A DNA stretch of 61,380 nt, filler included, from Dirinaria sp. TL-2023a (lineage: Eukaryota): NCBI GenBank assembly GCA_051941275.1. It is 6 parts of 6 records of this genome, joined end to end, with 100 filler letters (N's around TTAATTAATTAA, not from the genome) between each part and the next. Parts side by side here need not be neighbours in the genome. Positions count along the whole stretch, not along the records: positions 1 to 10,176 come from JAVEBF010000970.1; positions 10,277 to 20,442 come from JAVEBF010000971.1; 4 more parts are not named here. One strand, 5' to 3'. The position numbers and the translations under genes are program-made. Shown piece by piece: positions 1 to 11,123 of this stretch. How positions within the stretch are numbered: the stretch's first letter is position 1; each line of letters starts with the position of its first letter. The notes below the pieces were generated by a model. It did no database searches. It saw nothing but the letters and a program-made list of their open reading frames with translations, and was not told where the DNA came from.

Positions 1-423
1 GGGGGGGGGGGGGGGGGGGGTTGCTTTTGTAGCATGTATGCTTGGGCTTTTGGTGTCTACCTTACTCATAAGACACCAATGGTCTCCTTCAATGCTGACT
101 GGTCCATACCATCATTACTGCCAACTTTCGTAGAGAAGAAGAGGTAGCCTTTTGCCCACTTCAGAAAAAGGCAGCAACGCCTTCGCTGCTCGAACGCCAT
201 TGAAAGGAAAGGAGAAAAGTGGATAAGAATACGACGGTTCTAACACAGCAGCAGCTGATACTAGAACCGTCACTCAGAGTGATGTAGAGGCCAGCTGATC
301 GTGATTTCCTCGCAAGGTCGCAGGCTTCCAGCATCCGCGACGCTTTAGCAGGTTTACCCTGTGCGATAGCAGACGATAGATTGCGGCGATGGCGATGACT
401 GAACAGCTCTAGGGTAACGTTGA

Positions 424-2207
424 CTATCGGCTCTTTGATGCTGGAGCGACATCTAGGATCTCCCTCGCTCCGAGGACGTTGTCGCCTCCAAGGTATGTCG
501 AGTGGTATTTCTTTGCCCATTGACGCGTTATGATCGACGCTAAGAACACAATTAGCACAAGCTACAAAGAGTGCACCGTGACTCGACCTACCTTTGAGGA
601 ACTTCTTGCTCGCGTACTTCTTGAAGAACGCTTCGTGAGTGACAGGACGGCGCAGATAATCGACCATCAATTTGAACACCGGCTGGATCTCTTCTTCCGA
701 GTATCCTGAGTAGTGAGTCAAGGTGACGTCCTTCCATCGTCAGCAAGGTTCTATGAGTTGAAGAGTGGCCATGACTTACCCATGGACCGCGCTCAAGAAT
801 GAGTCGCGCTAGGTACATGGATGCAGCTGCGACTTGGCTTGGATTGTATTTCATGAATCGATGGTCGAGCAATGAAATCTCCAGCAAATACTTTCCCAGC
901 GTCCGCGTCTGAATGTCGTAGTTGTCGGCCTTGGAAATTCTTCGCAAGAAATTCATCGGGTTCGGATAGCTCAGGTCATAGTTGAGCGCTGCGAGCACAA
1001 AGCGCTCAGCTTTAAGGATCTCGTCCTCCGAGAACCCATCGTCGGCGACATGCTTGAAGTTCTGGACGTGAGGGGAGAGCACCTCTTCGTACTTGGACGC
1101 GATGAACATCGCCGTGATACCGACTAGTTGCAGCTTGTCCAACTCGACGACGCGTGCTGAGAGGAACCGATCAATGATATTGACGGCGAGGAACAGCGTC
1201 TCAGGCAAGAGGTGGAAGCGCGTGTGAACTTCGATCAGCCAGTCAATAAGGACACCACGAAGATGCCACTCCAGGTGCTCCTGGTGGTCCATATAGGTGG
1301 GGTTGGGCATGGTGGCCTGCTCGAGGACGAGCAGGTAATCAAAGATCTCCACCACATACTCAGCGACCATCAAAGGGTCCGTAAGATCCTCGGCATCCAA
1401 GTCGGCGACTCCCTCGAGAAAAGCTTGCTTGATGTTCTCTTCATCTTGGACCGGCTGCTCTTCCAACGGAGCCTCTTCCTTCGTCTCGACCTTAACGCGC
1501 TCTTCGACCTTCGTGGCCTCCTGCTTGGGTGGCTCATTCTCCGATGCGGGTGTTTCCTGCCTGATCGCTTTCTTGCTGCCTGTAGAGCCCGAGCTCCGTT
1601 TCTTGGCTGGGCCCATGACACCTGACCCACTCGCGGGTCGCTTCAATTGTTCACCCACGATGTTTTTGTTGTTGTCCCTGGCACCCAGCACTGTACGCGG
1701 GGACTTTCCCTTGGTAGCTTTTTGTACGCCAGCGTTCTGGGTGGTCTTGGAGACCAGACCAGGCTTGTTCAGCAAGGACTTCTTGCCATCCTTGGCCTCG
1801 ACGGGCTCATTCTTGGTGACATTGCTTACATCACCCAATGCAGCACGCTTCCGCTGGCCGTGCTGGGATGTATTAGTATTGCCAGTATTATTATTATTCA
1901 AGACATTGCCGGCCGATTTCTTGGTTGCCAGAGGCTTCTTCGCGTTCCCTCCAGCTGCGGTGGATTCGTCGTGTCCCGCTAGCGCGGCCGCTTTGGCTCT
2001 CGTCACACGTAAGGCCCCACTATTCTCGTCATTCTCAGTGTCGACGCCTCGCGTACGGGCAGTTCGGGCCTGAATGGCAGATTTGGTTAGTACTTTAATG
2101 TTCTCTTGGCAATGCTGTTGTGGGTGGCATGTCGCGTGATAATTGCTTGCTTGAAGCGAAGAATCTTCTCTGCTTGTGGGATTGTATGGAGCACTTACGG
2201 GAGGCAT
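424..2207 (-). CDS. nimE: G2/mitotic B-type cyclin (NimE/Cdc13/Clb-like), 4 exons
   Basis: Destruction box RAALGDVSN and cyclin box LRGVLIDWLIEVHTRFHLLPETLFLAVNIIDRFL...ASKYEE. GT-AG introns at 2198-2070 (TACTAAC branch), 779-731 and 591-540 join the ORF pieces. The spliced protein ends ...KKFLKASIITRQWAKK...KSR* (TAG 426-424). Confidence 0.96.
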
Positions 2208-3168
2208 CGTGCCTTGTCTTGGGTCAATCTATGTGGTCTATGGTCGCTGTCGATGATATCAACAGTGGCAGCTCGAGGAAGTGGTAGTCTTCCGGGAAAT
2301 CCTCGACAATGACCTTCAAGCCAAGACCGCCTGGTGCAAGGCACGGATGCAGCTTTCTTGGAAGCTGGGTAGTGATAAGCTACACCGAGCTTCGCTGAAG
2401 CCGGCGTGGGCGTATGCTAAAGTACCAATTGATACAGATTAATTCGGATCCGAACGGAGTGGGGTCAATGCTTGGAGTACTGCACAAGCTGCCAGTTCCC
2501 CAGCCTGTACAGTCGAGAAGTGAGTGGAGAGAAGAGGAAGAGGAAGTAGGGAAGGTAGAGGAAGTAGAGTGGTGGGTAGTGGAGGGTGAGAGTGTAAGTG
2601 GACGTAAACAGGTAAAGTCACGTCCGTGTTGCTGTGTTTTTGCCGCTAAGAGACGAATGGTGTTTTCGATGCTGCACGCCACAAGCGATCTCCGATTGGC
2701 TGTTGAATGTTCCAAAACAATCAGTAAGATGCCGTCTCAGTATTATTGAGGTAGAAGTAGTGAGTGCACTTTCAGAAAAGATTCTTAGGTACTGATGCTG
2801 AGGACATGCAGCTGAGAGAGCGGCGGTGAGCGATCTTTGGATCCGAAGATAGAAAGCTGGGAACACTACCAAGGCACAACTCGGGATACTCGTTGCTTAG
2901 CAACAACAAACATGAGGCGCGCCGCGAACCCGTCATCGCGAATGAGCTAGCCGCAACTCTCTTAGCGTGGGGTCGGCTCGAATGAACTTTGAGCCGAGGC
3001 AGATTCATGTGGAACGACATTTGACAGATTCTGAATTTCAGCACGATAGATACCTGTCGTGAAAAAGGTCGCCAGACACTTTCAATTCAAGTACCACACC
3101 TGCTATTATCAGCGAGGAGATTATCGCTGGCGGGGAACCCATCAAACCCTCGATTCTAGTCCAGTAAT

Positions 3169-3936
3169 ATGGATTACCAAGTATGCTTCCAGTCTGATTT
3201 TCAAGCGGTCACTAACATATATCTTTTCTAGAATCGCGCTGGTAGTAAATTCGGTGGTGGAGGTGTAGCTTCCCAGTCTGCTACCAATGCCGACCGGCGA
3301 GAACGGCTGCGAAAGCTCGCGCTAGAAACCATTGATCTCGACAAGGACCCTTACTTCTTCAAAAACCACGTCGGCTCTTTCGAATGTCGCCTGTGTCTTA
3401 CCGTTCATCAGAACGATGGGTCTTACCTGGCACACACTCAGGGTCGAAAACACCAGACCAATCTTGCCAGACGAGCAGCGAGAGAGCAGAAGGAAGGGAG
3501 AGCGCAGGATGCGAACATCATGGGTGTGAACATGGGTGTGCAGGTACGGAGAAATATGGTCAAGATAGGACGTCCCGGTTACAAGATCACCAAGACCCGA
3601 GACCCTCTGACGAGGCAGCATGGCCTGCTGTTTCAGTTGCAGTACCCGGAAATAACGCCCGGCGTAGTGCCTCGTGTCAGGTTCATGTCGGCATTTGAGC
3701 AGAAGATCGACGATCCGCCAGATAAGAATTTCCAATATCTGCTCGTTGCTGCTGAACCATACGAGACGTGTGGGTTTAAGTTACAGGCAAGGGAGGTGGA
3801 TAGGAGGGAGGGGAGGTTCTGGACATGGTTCGACGAAGACGGCAAGGAGTTCTTCGTGCAGATATTGTTCAAGACAGAGCGAGAAGAGAGATACAGCGGT
3901 GTGCCTGGTTTGGCGCCTTCGGGGCCGCGTAGGTAG
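3169..3936 (+). CDS. PRP11: Splicing factor 3A subunit 2 (SF3a66/Prp11/Sap62)
   Basis: MDYQ, intron 3181-3231, then NRAGSKFGGGG...RRERLRKLALETIDLDKDPYFFKNH. U1-type zinc finger CRLC...HTQGRKH, then IGRPGYKITK and FMSAFEQ. Confidence 0.95.
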
Positions 3937-4076
3937 CAACAACTGTGAAGAAAGCTGAATTCAAACCCTACGGCCCTTTTCTATGACCACGCTGTGCTAT
4001 TTCTTTCCTTTTCTGACGCCTGTCGCTATGCCCGGAGGTCTCCCACCAAAGTATATCACCAAGCAACACAAGAAAC

Positions 4077-4605
4077 TCACTGTCCAGACTTTTGGGAATC
4101 CACGGCGGTCTCAGCGAAAGGGTCGCCGTACTCTTCTACATCCAGCCCTGTCAATAGACGGGCATGCACAGGTCTTGAATGACCTACTTAAACTAAAATT
4201 CTTATCTACCACCGTATCCATGGCTTTGGCATAGTCTTCCCTTGCCTTTCGATTTTTCCATGTCGATCCTGGGATTCTCTTGTGCTCTGTATCCTGCGAC
4301 GCCATATTTTCCATGCTCAGTGCGGAGGTCCTGGGCGGAGTTGGGCCCCCGCTCGTGTCCATGGCTTCATCCATCTGCGGGAACTGATCGTTCTGAGATG
4401 GCGTGTTTTGAGAAAGCGGCGGCGACAGATTAGCTGTCTCCGCCAACCGCGAGCCACCTAAGGTACGCCCTTCGATCGGGTGGTCTGCGGTAGGGAACAT
4501 GTCGGAATCATTGTCGGAAGACGCGGAGTGCATTTGGGAATCTGCATCTACGCTAACGTTAGCATAGGCATATTATATTCACGGATGCGCTGTCTTACCA
4601 GCCAT
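4077..4605 (-). CDS. Small fungal hypothetical protein, 3 exons
   Basis: ATG GCT G|GTAAGA intron 4598-4548. Exon 2 contains ORF 4111..4533 (PGSTWKNRKAREDYAKAMDTVVDKNFSL). A second GT-AG intron joins it to KEYGDPFAE...GQ* (TGA 4079-4077). Confidence 0.7.
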
Positions 4606-5003
4606 TATTAACACCTGATATAACAACGGCTGGACTGTAATGATGGTTTTGGAACTGTTGGCCTGAGCTTCATCACACAGACTCACACCCCAGTAATTCT
4701 GACTACCTTACCACCGTAATTCAATTGGGCCCCAACACCCCTGGCAGAACTAGTGCCTTCGGCCGTTTCGGCCCGTTGCTGCAGCCTTATAGGCCAAAAC
4801 CCCACCAAAAAGACGCTGACTCTTTGCTTCCTTGGATTTCGGATCAACAACAATTCGAAAATTCCTGTATGGAAATCAATGCACGAGAAGAGCATTTTGA
4901 ACATAACATAAGACCCGATTTCAGAATTTGCTATCAGGGTAGAGAATTTCGAACACCAAGCACTACATAAGGCCAGAAGCGCCCATCCTTTTCCCTACTT
5001 GTA

Positions 5004-5900
5004 ATGAGCGCTGCGAGAAAGGTCCCTGACGCATGGGACGATGACTGGGTAGAGAACGCCGACGTGAGTTCATTGCCCCAGCGAGGAGCCCAGCCTTGCT
5101 GATAGGTGCCTCGAAGCAGTCTGCGCCCGCCGTTTCTGAGACAGCGCCTACGAACAAAAAACTGTCCAAAGCGGAACGGCGAGCTAAACAGGCCGAATTC
5201 AATAGGCAATTATGGGATGCTGCGTTCGTATCAGAGGAGATCCTTTTGAGTGCTTCTTTGTTTACTGAGGATCTACAGTGAAGCCCCCGAAGGCTCCTAC
5301 TACATCCACACCCGGGACGACGTTCCCCTCAAGACCGAGTTCAAACCAGCGATGAAAGTCCTGAGTCGAAAACCACCATCGAAATCAACAAGTAACGACA
5401 TATTGTCTGGGATTGGGCGTCCTGATCTCGAAGACGACGATGATGATGACGAAGTGGACGGGAAAAAGGCCACGATGACCGTTGAAGAGCGACAAGCAAA
5501 GGCTCAGCGAGATCGGGAAGAGAAGCAAAGGAAATACGAAGAGGTGCGCCAACGGCTCTTTGGTAATGACAACTCCACGGGACAGAGGTCGTCGGGCAAT
5601 GGCTCTACCGGTAGCCCGAAGGATAGCGGATCCCGTCGCCAGAGCCGCAATAGAGGTGGCGCTGCCGATGGCAGGCCTTTGTCGTCGGCTGGAAACAAGA
5701 GTCGACAACTGTACGATCCAGACTACACGGTCAAAGCTGGTTCAACATATGTTCAGAAAAAGGAAGGCCAAGTAGCATCTGGTCGATCAACACCCTCTGA
5801 ACAAGTTCCAATCAGAAGTCCCAAAGGTCCAGATGGGAGTGGACGGGGAGGATTTGGCTTCGTCCCCCGAGGTGGGCGACTTACCAAAGACATGCCTTGA
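5004..5900 (+). CDS. SUZ / SUZ-C domain protein (SZRD1-like), 3 exons
   Basis: N-terminal VPDAWDDDW, MKVLSRKP, SUZ helix EEKQRKYEEVRQRLFG and C-terminal SUZ-C motif PIRSPKGPDGSGRGGFGF. Two short GT-AG introns (about 5064-5119 and 5224-5278). Confidence 0.85.
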
Positions 5901-6291
5901 AGACGTGTAAACAGCAATGTCACGCGACGGCAGGCACTGAGACGCATGTGGAGACTCGACGGTACGCATGAACTCAACTGGAATGGACATTTAACGCCAA
6001 TAGCGCCAACCAATAAAACTACTCGACCACCAAACGCTTGTTTTGACGGCTTTTCCACATTCCGTGATGCAATTACAGAACGCGTACACAGAATATTCAA
6101 AGCCATTCCTCCGTACTGATCGGCACAAAGAGCAAGTCTATAAGAAAGCACAGAGCACCTCGAGTTGAAGTCACAGAATCCAGCACCCGTCGCCGCAATA
6201 CACACTCGTTTACGCCCTGTGCCTTTCTACCGCCTTAAACCCAATTAACCAGTACGCTCGTTACCCAAACCACGACCTACTATCAGCCAAT

Positions 6292-6744
6292 ATGCGTCCC
6301 AATCTCGTCTTCTTCGCAGCACTCGCCACTGCGGCAGATGCCTTGACCGTTCCTGGCCTCCCCAACGTCGGCCTGCCATCGGTTCCCGTCAGCCTGCCCG
6401 TTCCCGTACCGACGAGTTCACTCGGCCTACCACCTTTGCCGCCGGTGTCCCTGCCTACCTCAAGTCTTCCAATTCCAATTCCTGGTGGCCTCCCCGTATC
6501 GACCGGACTCCCTCTCCCAGGCGGACTACCATCGGTCCCGGGTGTCCCCAGCGTTCCCAATGTCCCGACGGATCCTACAGCTTTACTGGGCAACATTTCG
6601 CAGGCCATCTCCCTTCTCCAGCTCATTACAAATCTGCTCCAGAGCCAAGGGCTCCAGATCCCCGGCGTCGGCGGTATTGGGGTTGGTTCCGCTCTGGTCA
6701 ATGCTCTCTTGGGCGCCGTGGCAACTTTATTGAAGGTAGCATAA
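6292..6744 (+). CDS. Small putative secreted Pro/Leu/Gly/Val-rich protein (150 aa)
   Basis: Signal-peptide-like N-terminus (MRPNLVFFAALATAADA), repetitive GLPxVP region and hydrophobic helical C-terminus. Intronless, with C-rich third codon positions. Confidence 0.75.
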   Translation: MRPNLVFFAALATAADALTVPGLPNVGLPSVPVSLPVPVPTSSLGLPPLPPVSLPTSSLPIPIPGGLPVSTGLPLPGGLPSVPGVPSVPNVPTDPTALLGNISQAISLLQLITNLLQSQGLQIPGVGGIGVGSALVNALLGAVATLLKVA

Positions 6745-7532
6745 ATCTGCCACAGAGGTTCAGGGTGGGTGGCGTGGGCTGGAGACGATGCGCTCCAGGA
6801 ATTGGATGGGAAAGACAACGTGCATCTGAGCTCGGGGTGTGACGCATTACAGATGGGAAGTGGGCCATTTTATTCTTTTCTTTCGGGACCAGGCTCTTCA
6901 AAGACATGGCAAAGTGCGCAGGATGGTATAGTCTGAGTCGGTGAATTCAAAAGTATTACGTTTTATTATATGATCGCTCATGAAGTCCAAGTTTGAATCC
7001 CGTCAGCGATACCTCATGACCATCATCCCACGCATTTGCAAAAAGGGTACTCAATCCATGAGTACATCATTTCGCTTTTTCATTTTGTCTGTGTGCACTG
7101 GTGCAGCATCAAGGGGCTGGTCTAATTGAAGATATCTCTTTAATAGGCTGAGCCATCCACTACCTCACTAATCTAGTTTTGCCTCGTGTGTTTGAGATTA
7201 CTGTACCTTAGCCCTCTGCCAGAGCGTGGAATAAAGCCTATCAGGTTAATGTCCATCGCTAGCTTAATACCTTATTCGAGACTTGATGAAGCCCTACTCC
7301 CAACCCTAAGCCCTTACGTAGGTTCAACCCTAAATAGGTCCTAAAAAGGTATTAGTGAGTGACGGGCAAATGGAAGCGCATTGGCTTTTCTATCAAAAGT
7401 TTGCCATCATAATTGCCATCACTTCCAACCCTTGCATATTGTATATTAAGAAAAGCTTCATCGTTCGCCCTCAATAGACTTGGTGCTTTGTTTATGTCTT
7501 GAAGAAGCTCTGATTATTGCGAAAGCACAAGT

Positions 7533-9475
7533 ATGAGTGCCATTCTATCGGCAGATGATCTGAACGACTTCATATCCCCCGGAGTCGCGTGCATCAAGCC
7601 CGTGGAAACCCTTCCCAAGCAGCAACAGCAACCAGATCCTCAAAAGTCAGAAGTCCGTCATAAACCCTTTAGCTTTCCACTGCAATGCTGATCCCATTTT
7701 TTTTTGCAAAGAACCCTTATGAAGTCACGACCGAAGATAAAGTCGCCGCCGCCGCCGAAAACGCACCGCCGGCGCAAATTTCCTTGACAGACTGCCTTGC
7801 TTGTTCAGGATGTGTCACATCTGCGGAAGCAGTCCTCGTCTCCCTGCAGTCCCATACCGAGGTTCTCAATGCTTTAGATACCTATCCAGGACTGGATCCA
7901 TCGAATCCTCGCTCTGGCTATGTCGACACTGCAACTCAAACAGCTGACGAAGGCGTGGGGTTATTACCAGATGAAGGAAAACTCTTCATAGCCAGTGTCT
8001 CCCCTCAAGTCCGAGCCAGTATCGCTGCGACCTACTCCATCACAGAGGCCCAGGCCGGCAATCTTATCACTCAACTCCTCTCTGGGTCCCAAGGCCTCGC
8101 CTCGAGCGGCGGGCATAAGAATGGCTTCGCATGGACAATAGATACAAACGCCATGCGTGAAGCATGTCTGGTGCTCGCAGCCGATGAAGTTCTTTCCGAC
8201 CAGTCTTCTGGCACCTGCGCCCCCAGCGACCAGGCTGGATCTTTTGCCACCGCTCCCGAGAAACCTATCCTCACCTCGGCTTGTCCAGGCTGGATATGCT
8301 ACGCCGAGAAAACCCACGCGCACACCATTCCCCACCTCTCGCGCCTGAAATCGCCGCAAGCCCTCACCGGAACCCTACTGAAAACAGTCCTCAGCCGGCG
8401 TATGGGGATTCGGCCGGATCAAATCTGGCATTTGGCCGTCATGCCGTGTTTTGACAAGAAGCTCGAGGCTTCGCGGGAAGAATTGACCGATGTTTTCTGG
8501 CGGCCACCTGGCTCTGAAGAATCCAGCATTCACAATTCATTGCACAGCGGCGGCCCGGTCAGGGATACAGACTGCGTGATCACTGCGCGCGAGCTAGTCA
8601 TGCTAGCAGACACACGTGGGATATCCCTTCCATCTCTTCCGCTCACACCACTTCCCCACCGACGACCTTTCCCAGACCCGACCCTCGAACCATTCCTCTT
8701 TCCCCCCACAACAGCACGGCGCTCTCACATCTCGCCCCAAAAAGGTCCAGAGGCCGGCACCTCAGGCGGCTACCTCCACCACATCCTCTGCACCAAACTG
8801 GCCCTCCACCCAGGAAGCACCCTGCACACTTCGCGCGGGCGCAATGCCGACGTCATCGACTTCTCCATCCTCTCACCGGACTCCTCCACTCCCCTGTTCA
8901 AAGCCGCGCGGTACTACGGTTCCCGCAACATCACGAACCTGGTGCGGAAACTACGGCCGGCGGGGAGCCGGATGCCCGTCGGTGCTGGGGTTGCTCGAAA
9001 AGCAGCTTCTTCTCGAGGTAGTGAAACTAGAGCAGGGGGAACAGGGCTCGACTACGTAGAGGTAATGGCGTGTCCGGGCGGCTGCACGAACGGAGGCGGG
9101 CAGATCAAAGCCGCAGACACGGGCACAGATATTAGTTCCTCCAACCCCGTCTCCCAGAAGGAATGGCTGGCGAAAGTGGACGAAGCGTATTTCTCCGCTT
9201 CGGACGAAGATGTCCCTCCTCCTCCCTCTTCCTCTTCTTCCTCAGATCTACAATCAGACGCAGAAGGAGAAACAATAATCAACGGCATCTCGCCCTCCCA
9301 AATCAGGTGGGTTTTGAATTACTGGTCGGAGAGCACGGGTATCCCGTTGCAGAAGCTGGTCTGTACGGGGTATCGAGCTGTGCAGAGCGATGTGGGGAAG
9401 AAAGCGGGAGGAGGAGGACGAGAGCAGCAGGAGAGAGTCGTGGAGTTGGCGGGGAGGATTGGTGGGGGGTGGTAA
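7533..9475 (+). CDS. NAR1: Cytosolic Fe-S cluster assembly factor Nar1 (Fe-only hydrogenase-like)
   Basis: [23 protein letters not shown], intron 7653-7711, [58 protein letters not shown] and C-terminal GRIGGGW. Confidence 0.96.
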
Positions 9476-10176
9476 GGCGTTAGGTTCAGGTTTGGGTTGG
9501 GTTATAGGGACAGTGATTTGATTTAGAGATGAGAATGAATTTGTGGGATTTACTACTGTAGCTTGTAGGGTGAGATTGATTAATGAAGTAAAGAAAACAA
9601 GCACTTTTTGTTTTTTTTTGTGTTTTTTTTTTTTTTTTTCAAGTAGAGGGAAGAAAGAAAGAAAGAAAGAAAGAGAAGGCGGCTCCTCGTACTCTCAAAT
9701 TTTCCCCAAGGTCATTTCTATTTTCTCTGTTTTTTTTTTGGCTTATACATTTCCATGTCCATGTCCATATCCATATCATTCCCTTTTCTTCAAGCAAGCA
9801 AGCACGTCAGTAGCGTAAATCAGCTGTAATATAACTCGCGCTGCCTATTTATTATAAAGCCCAAAACCTCCTTCCTTTCGCATATCTCATCCATCCTTCC
9901 TTTTTTTTTTTTTTTTTTTTTCCTTTCCCCTCTTCTTTCCGCATCCCACAGTACCTATACATTCTCCTCCATTCTGCTGCCCTATCTATCCCTACCTTAT
10001 ATTCAAGCACTGCTTTCTGCCTCCCCAAACAAACCAAGAAAAAAAAAATGGGATTCTTTAGGAAAAAGAGGCGGGGAGTAGAAGAAGGGGATTTTGGTGG
10101 ATGGGAGGGATTTTTCTTTGGTTTTTGGGTAGTGGAAACGGGGAGGGGGAATTTGAATACTTATAGAAAGAGGGAG

Positions 10177-10276
10177 NNNNNNNNNNNNNNNNNNNNNNNN
10201 NNNNNNNNNNNNNNNNNNNNTTAATTAATTAANNNNNNNNNNNNNNNNNNNNNNNNNNNNNNNNNNNNNNNNNNNN
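10177..10276. other. Artificial contig linker (44N-TTAATTAATTAA-44N)
   Basis: 100-bp spacer with stop codons in all six frames, identical to the other four linkers. Confidence 0.99.
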
Positions 10277-10861
10277 GTATGGAGGGAGGGGGGAGTCCTA
10301 TCAACTTACAATGTTTGTGATACCGTAGAACGTAGGATGGATACCGTTCCAAAAGAATTCGATGTGAACAATGAGGTAAAGGAGGGTGGATTACAGTAGT
10401 TAGTACCGAAATTGAGAGTGAAGTAAGGTGGGGGGGGGGAATTCGTCGATAGCAGACGCTGCATGTTCAATCAATCAGAAAATGCTATTGCTGGATTTCT
10501 AGCAGTTCTGGAGTATTCGAAATGAAGTTGATAAACTCAGTCGAGCTGATCGACTGTGATCTCGGAGATCAAAGTGTATCCCTTCTCCGGGTATACGTAC
10601 GCTCATCCAGTCTGGAAAAGTTTTACCTTGACGACATGTGTACAGACAAGAAGGAAGAACATTATCTACGCATCCTTTTTAAGTTACGAGGGTAGCATGT
10701 TCAGCGAAGGCTACGAGTTCTGATACCTCACTACTATGTCAATTCTAGGGACGGGGACAGAGCTACATTCAGTAGTATGATCTATGTTACTATGTAGCAA
10801 AGATACAAAAAGTATGAAGCTGATCTAGCACCTCACAAGCGGTTACGCTCGGAATGCCTGG

Positions 10862-11103
10862 TATCAGACATACTATTCTTCAGGAGCCCGACAAGAGATA
10901 TATCTCAAGGCATGGGAGCTTGTTAATCCTGAATGATATTAGACATATTGATGTCCAGGAGCCCGACACAAGAGCTATCTCAAGGCCAGGCATACTGATG
11001 TTCAGGAGCCCGACACAAGAAACATTTCAAGGCCAGGCATACTGATGCTCAGGAGCCCGACACAAGAAACATCTCAAGGCCAGGAACTTGTTAGTCCTGA
11101 AAT
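10862..11103. repeat. Nested tandem repeat: unit of about 75 bp duplicated, with a 47-bp subunit in three copies
   Basis: The core CAGGAGCCCGAC...TCAAGGC starts at 10881, 10956, 11003 and 11050 (spacings 75, 47, 47). Confidence 0.9.
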
Positions 11104-11123
11104 AGGCTTGAGGCACCCTGCGA

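Noticed and set aside
1212..2073. Long antisense ORFs over cyclin B (similar ones over Cdc1, SNF2, Rrd1 and the 6292 gene)
   Set aside because: Shadow frames of GC-rich coding sequence with no independent protein-like features.
2604..2610. Forkhead-type GTAAACA upstream of cyclin B
   Set aside because: A single 7-mer without a clear adjacent Mcm1 site; it could be chance.
7300..7335. Telomere-like CCCTAA/TTAGGG motifs (also about 22460 and 52570)
   Set aside because: Only one or two copies each, in promoters. They are not telomeres or interstitial arrays; at most Tbf1-type sites, which cannot be supported from sequence alone.
9600..10176. Poly-T/poly-A low-complexity stretch with short ORFs (also 40600-40961 and 41062-41690)
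   Set aside because: Homopolymer-rich contig ends with no coding or element signature.
10862..11103. CRISPR-like appearance of regularly spaced repeats
   Set aside because: The intervening sequences are themselves repeated, so there are no unique spacers. The context is eukaryotic and there are no cas genes.
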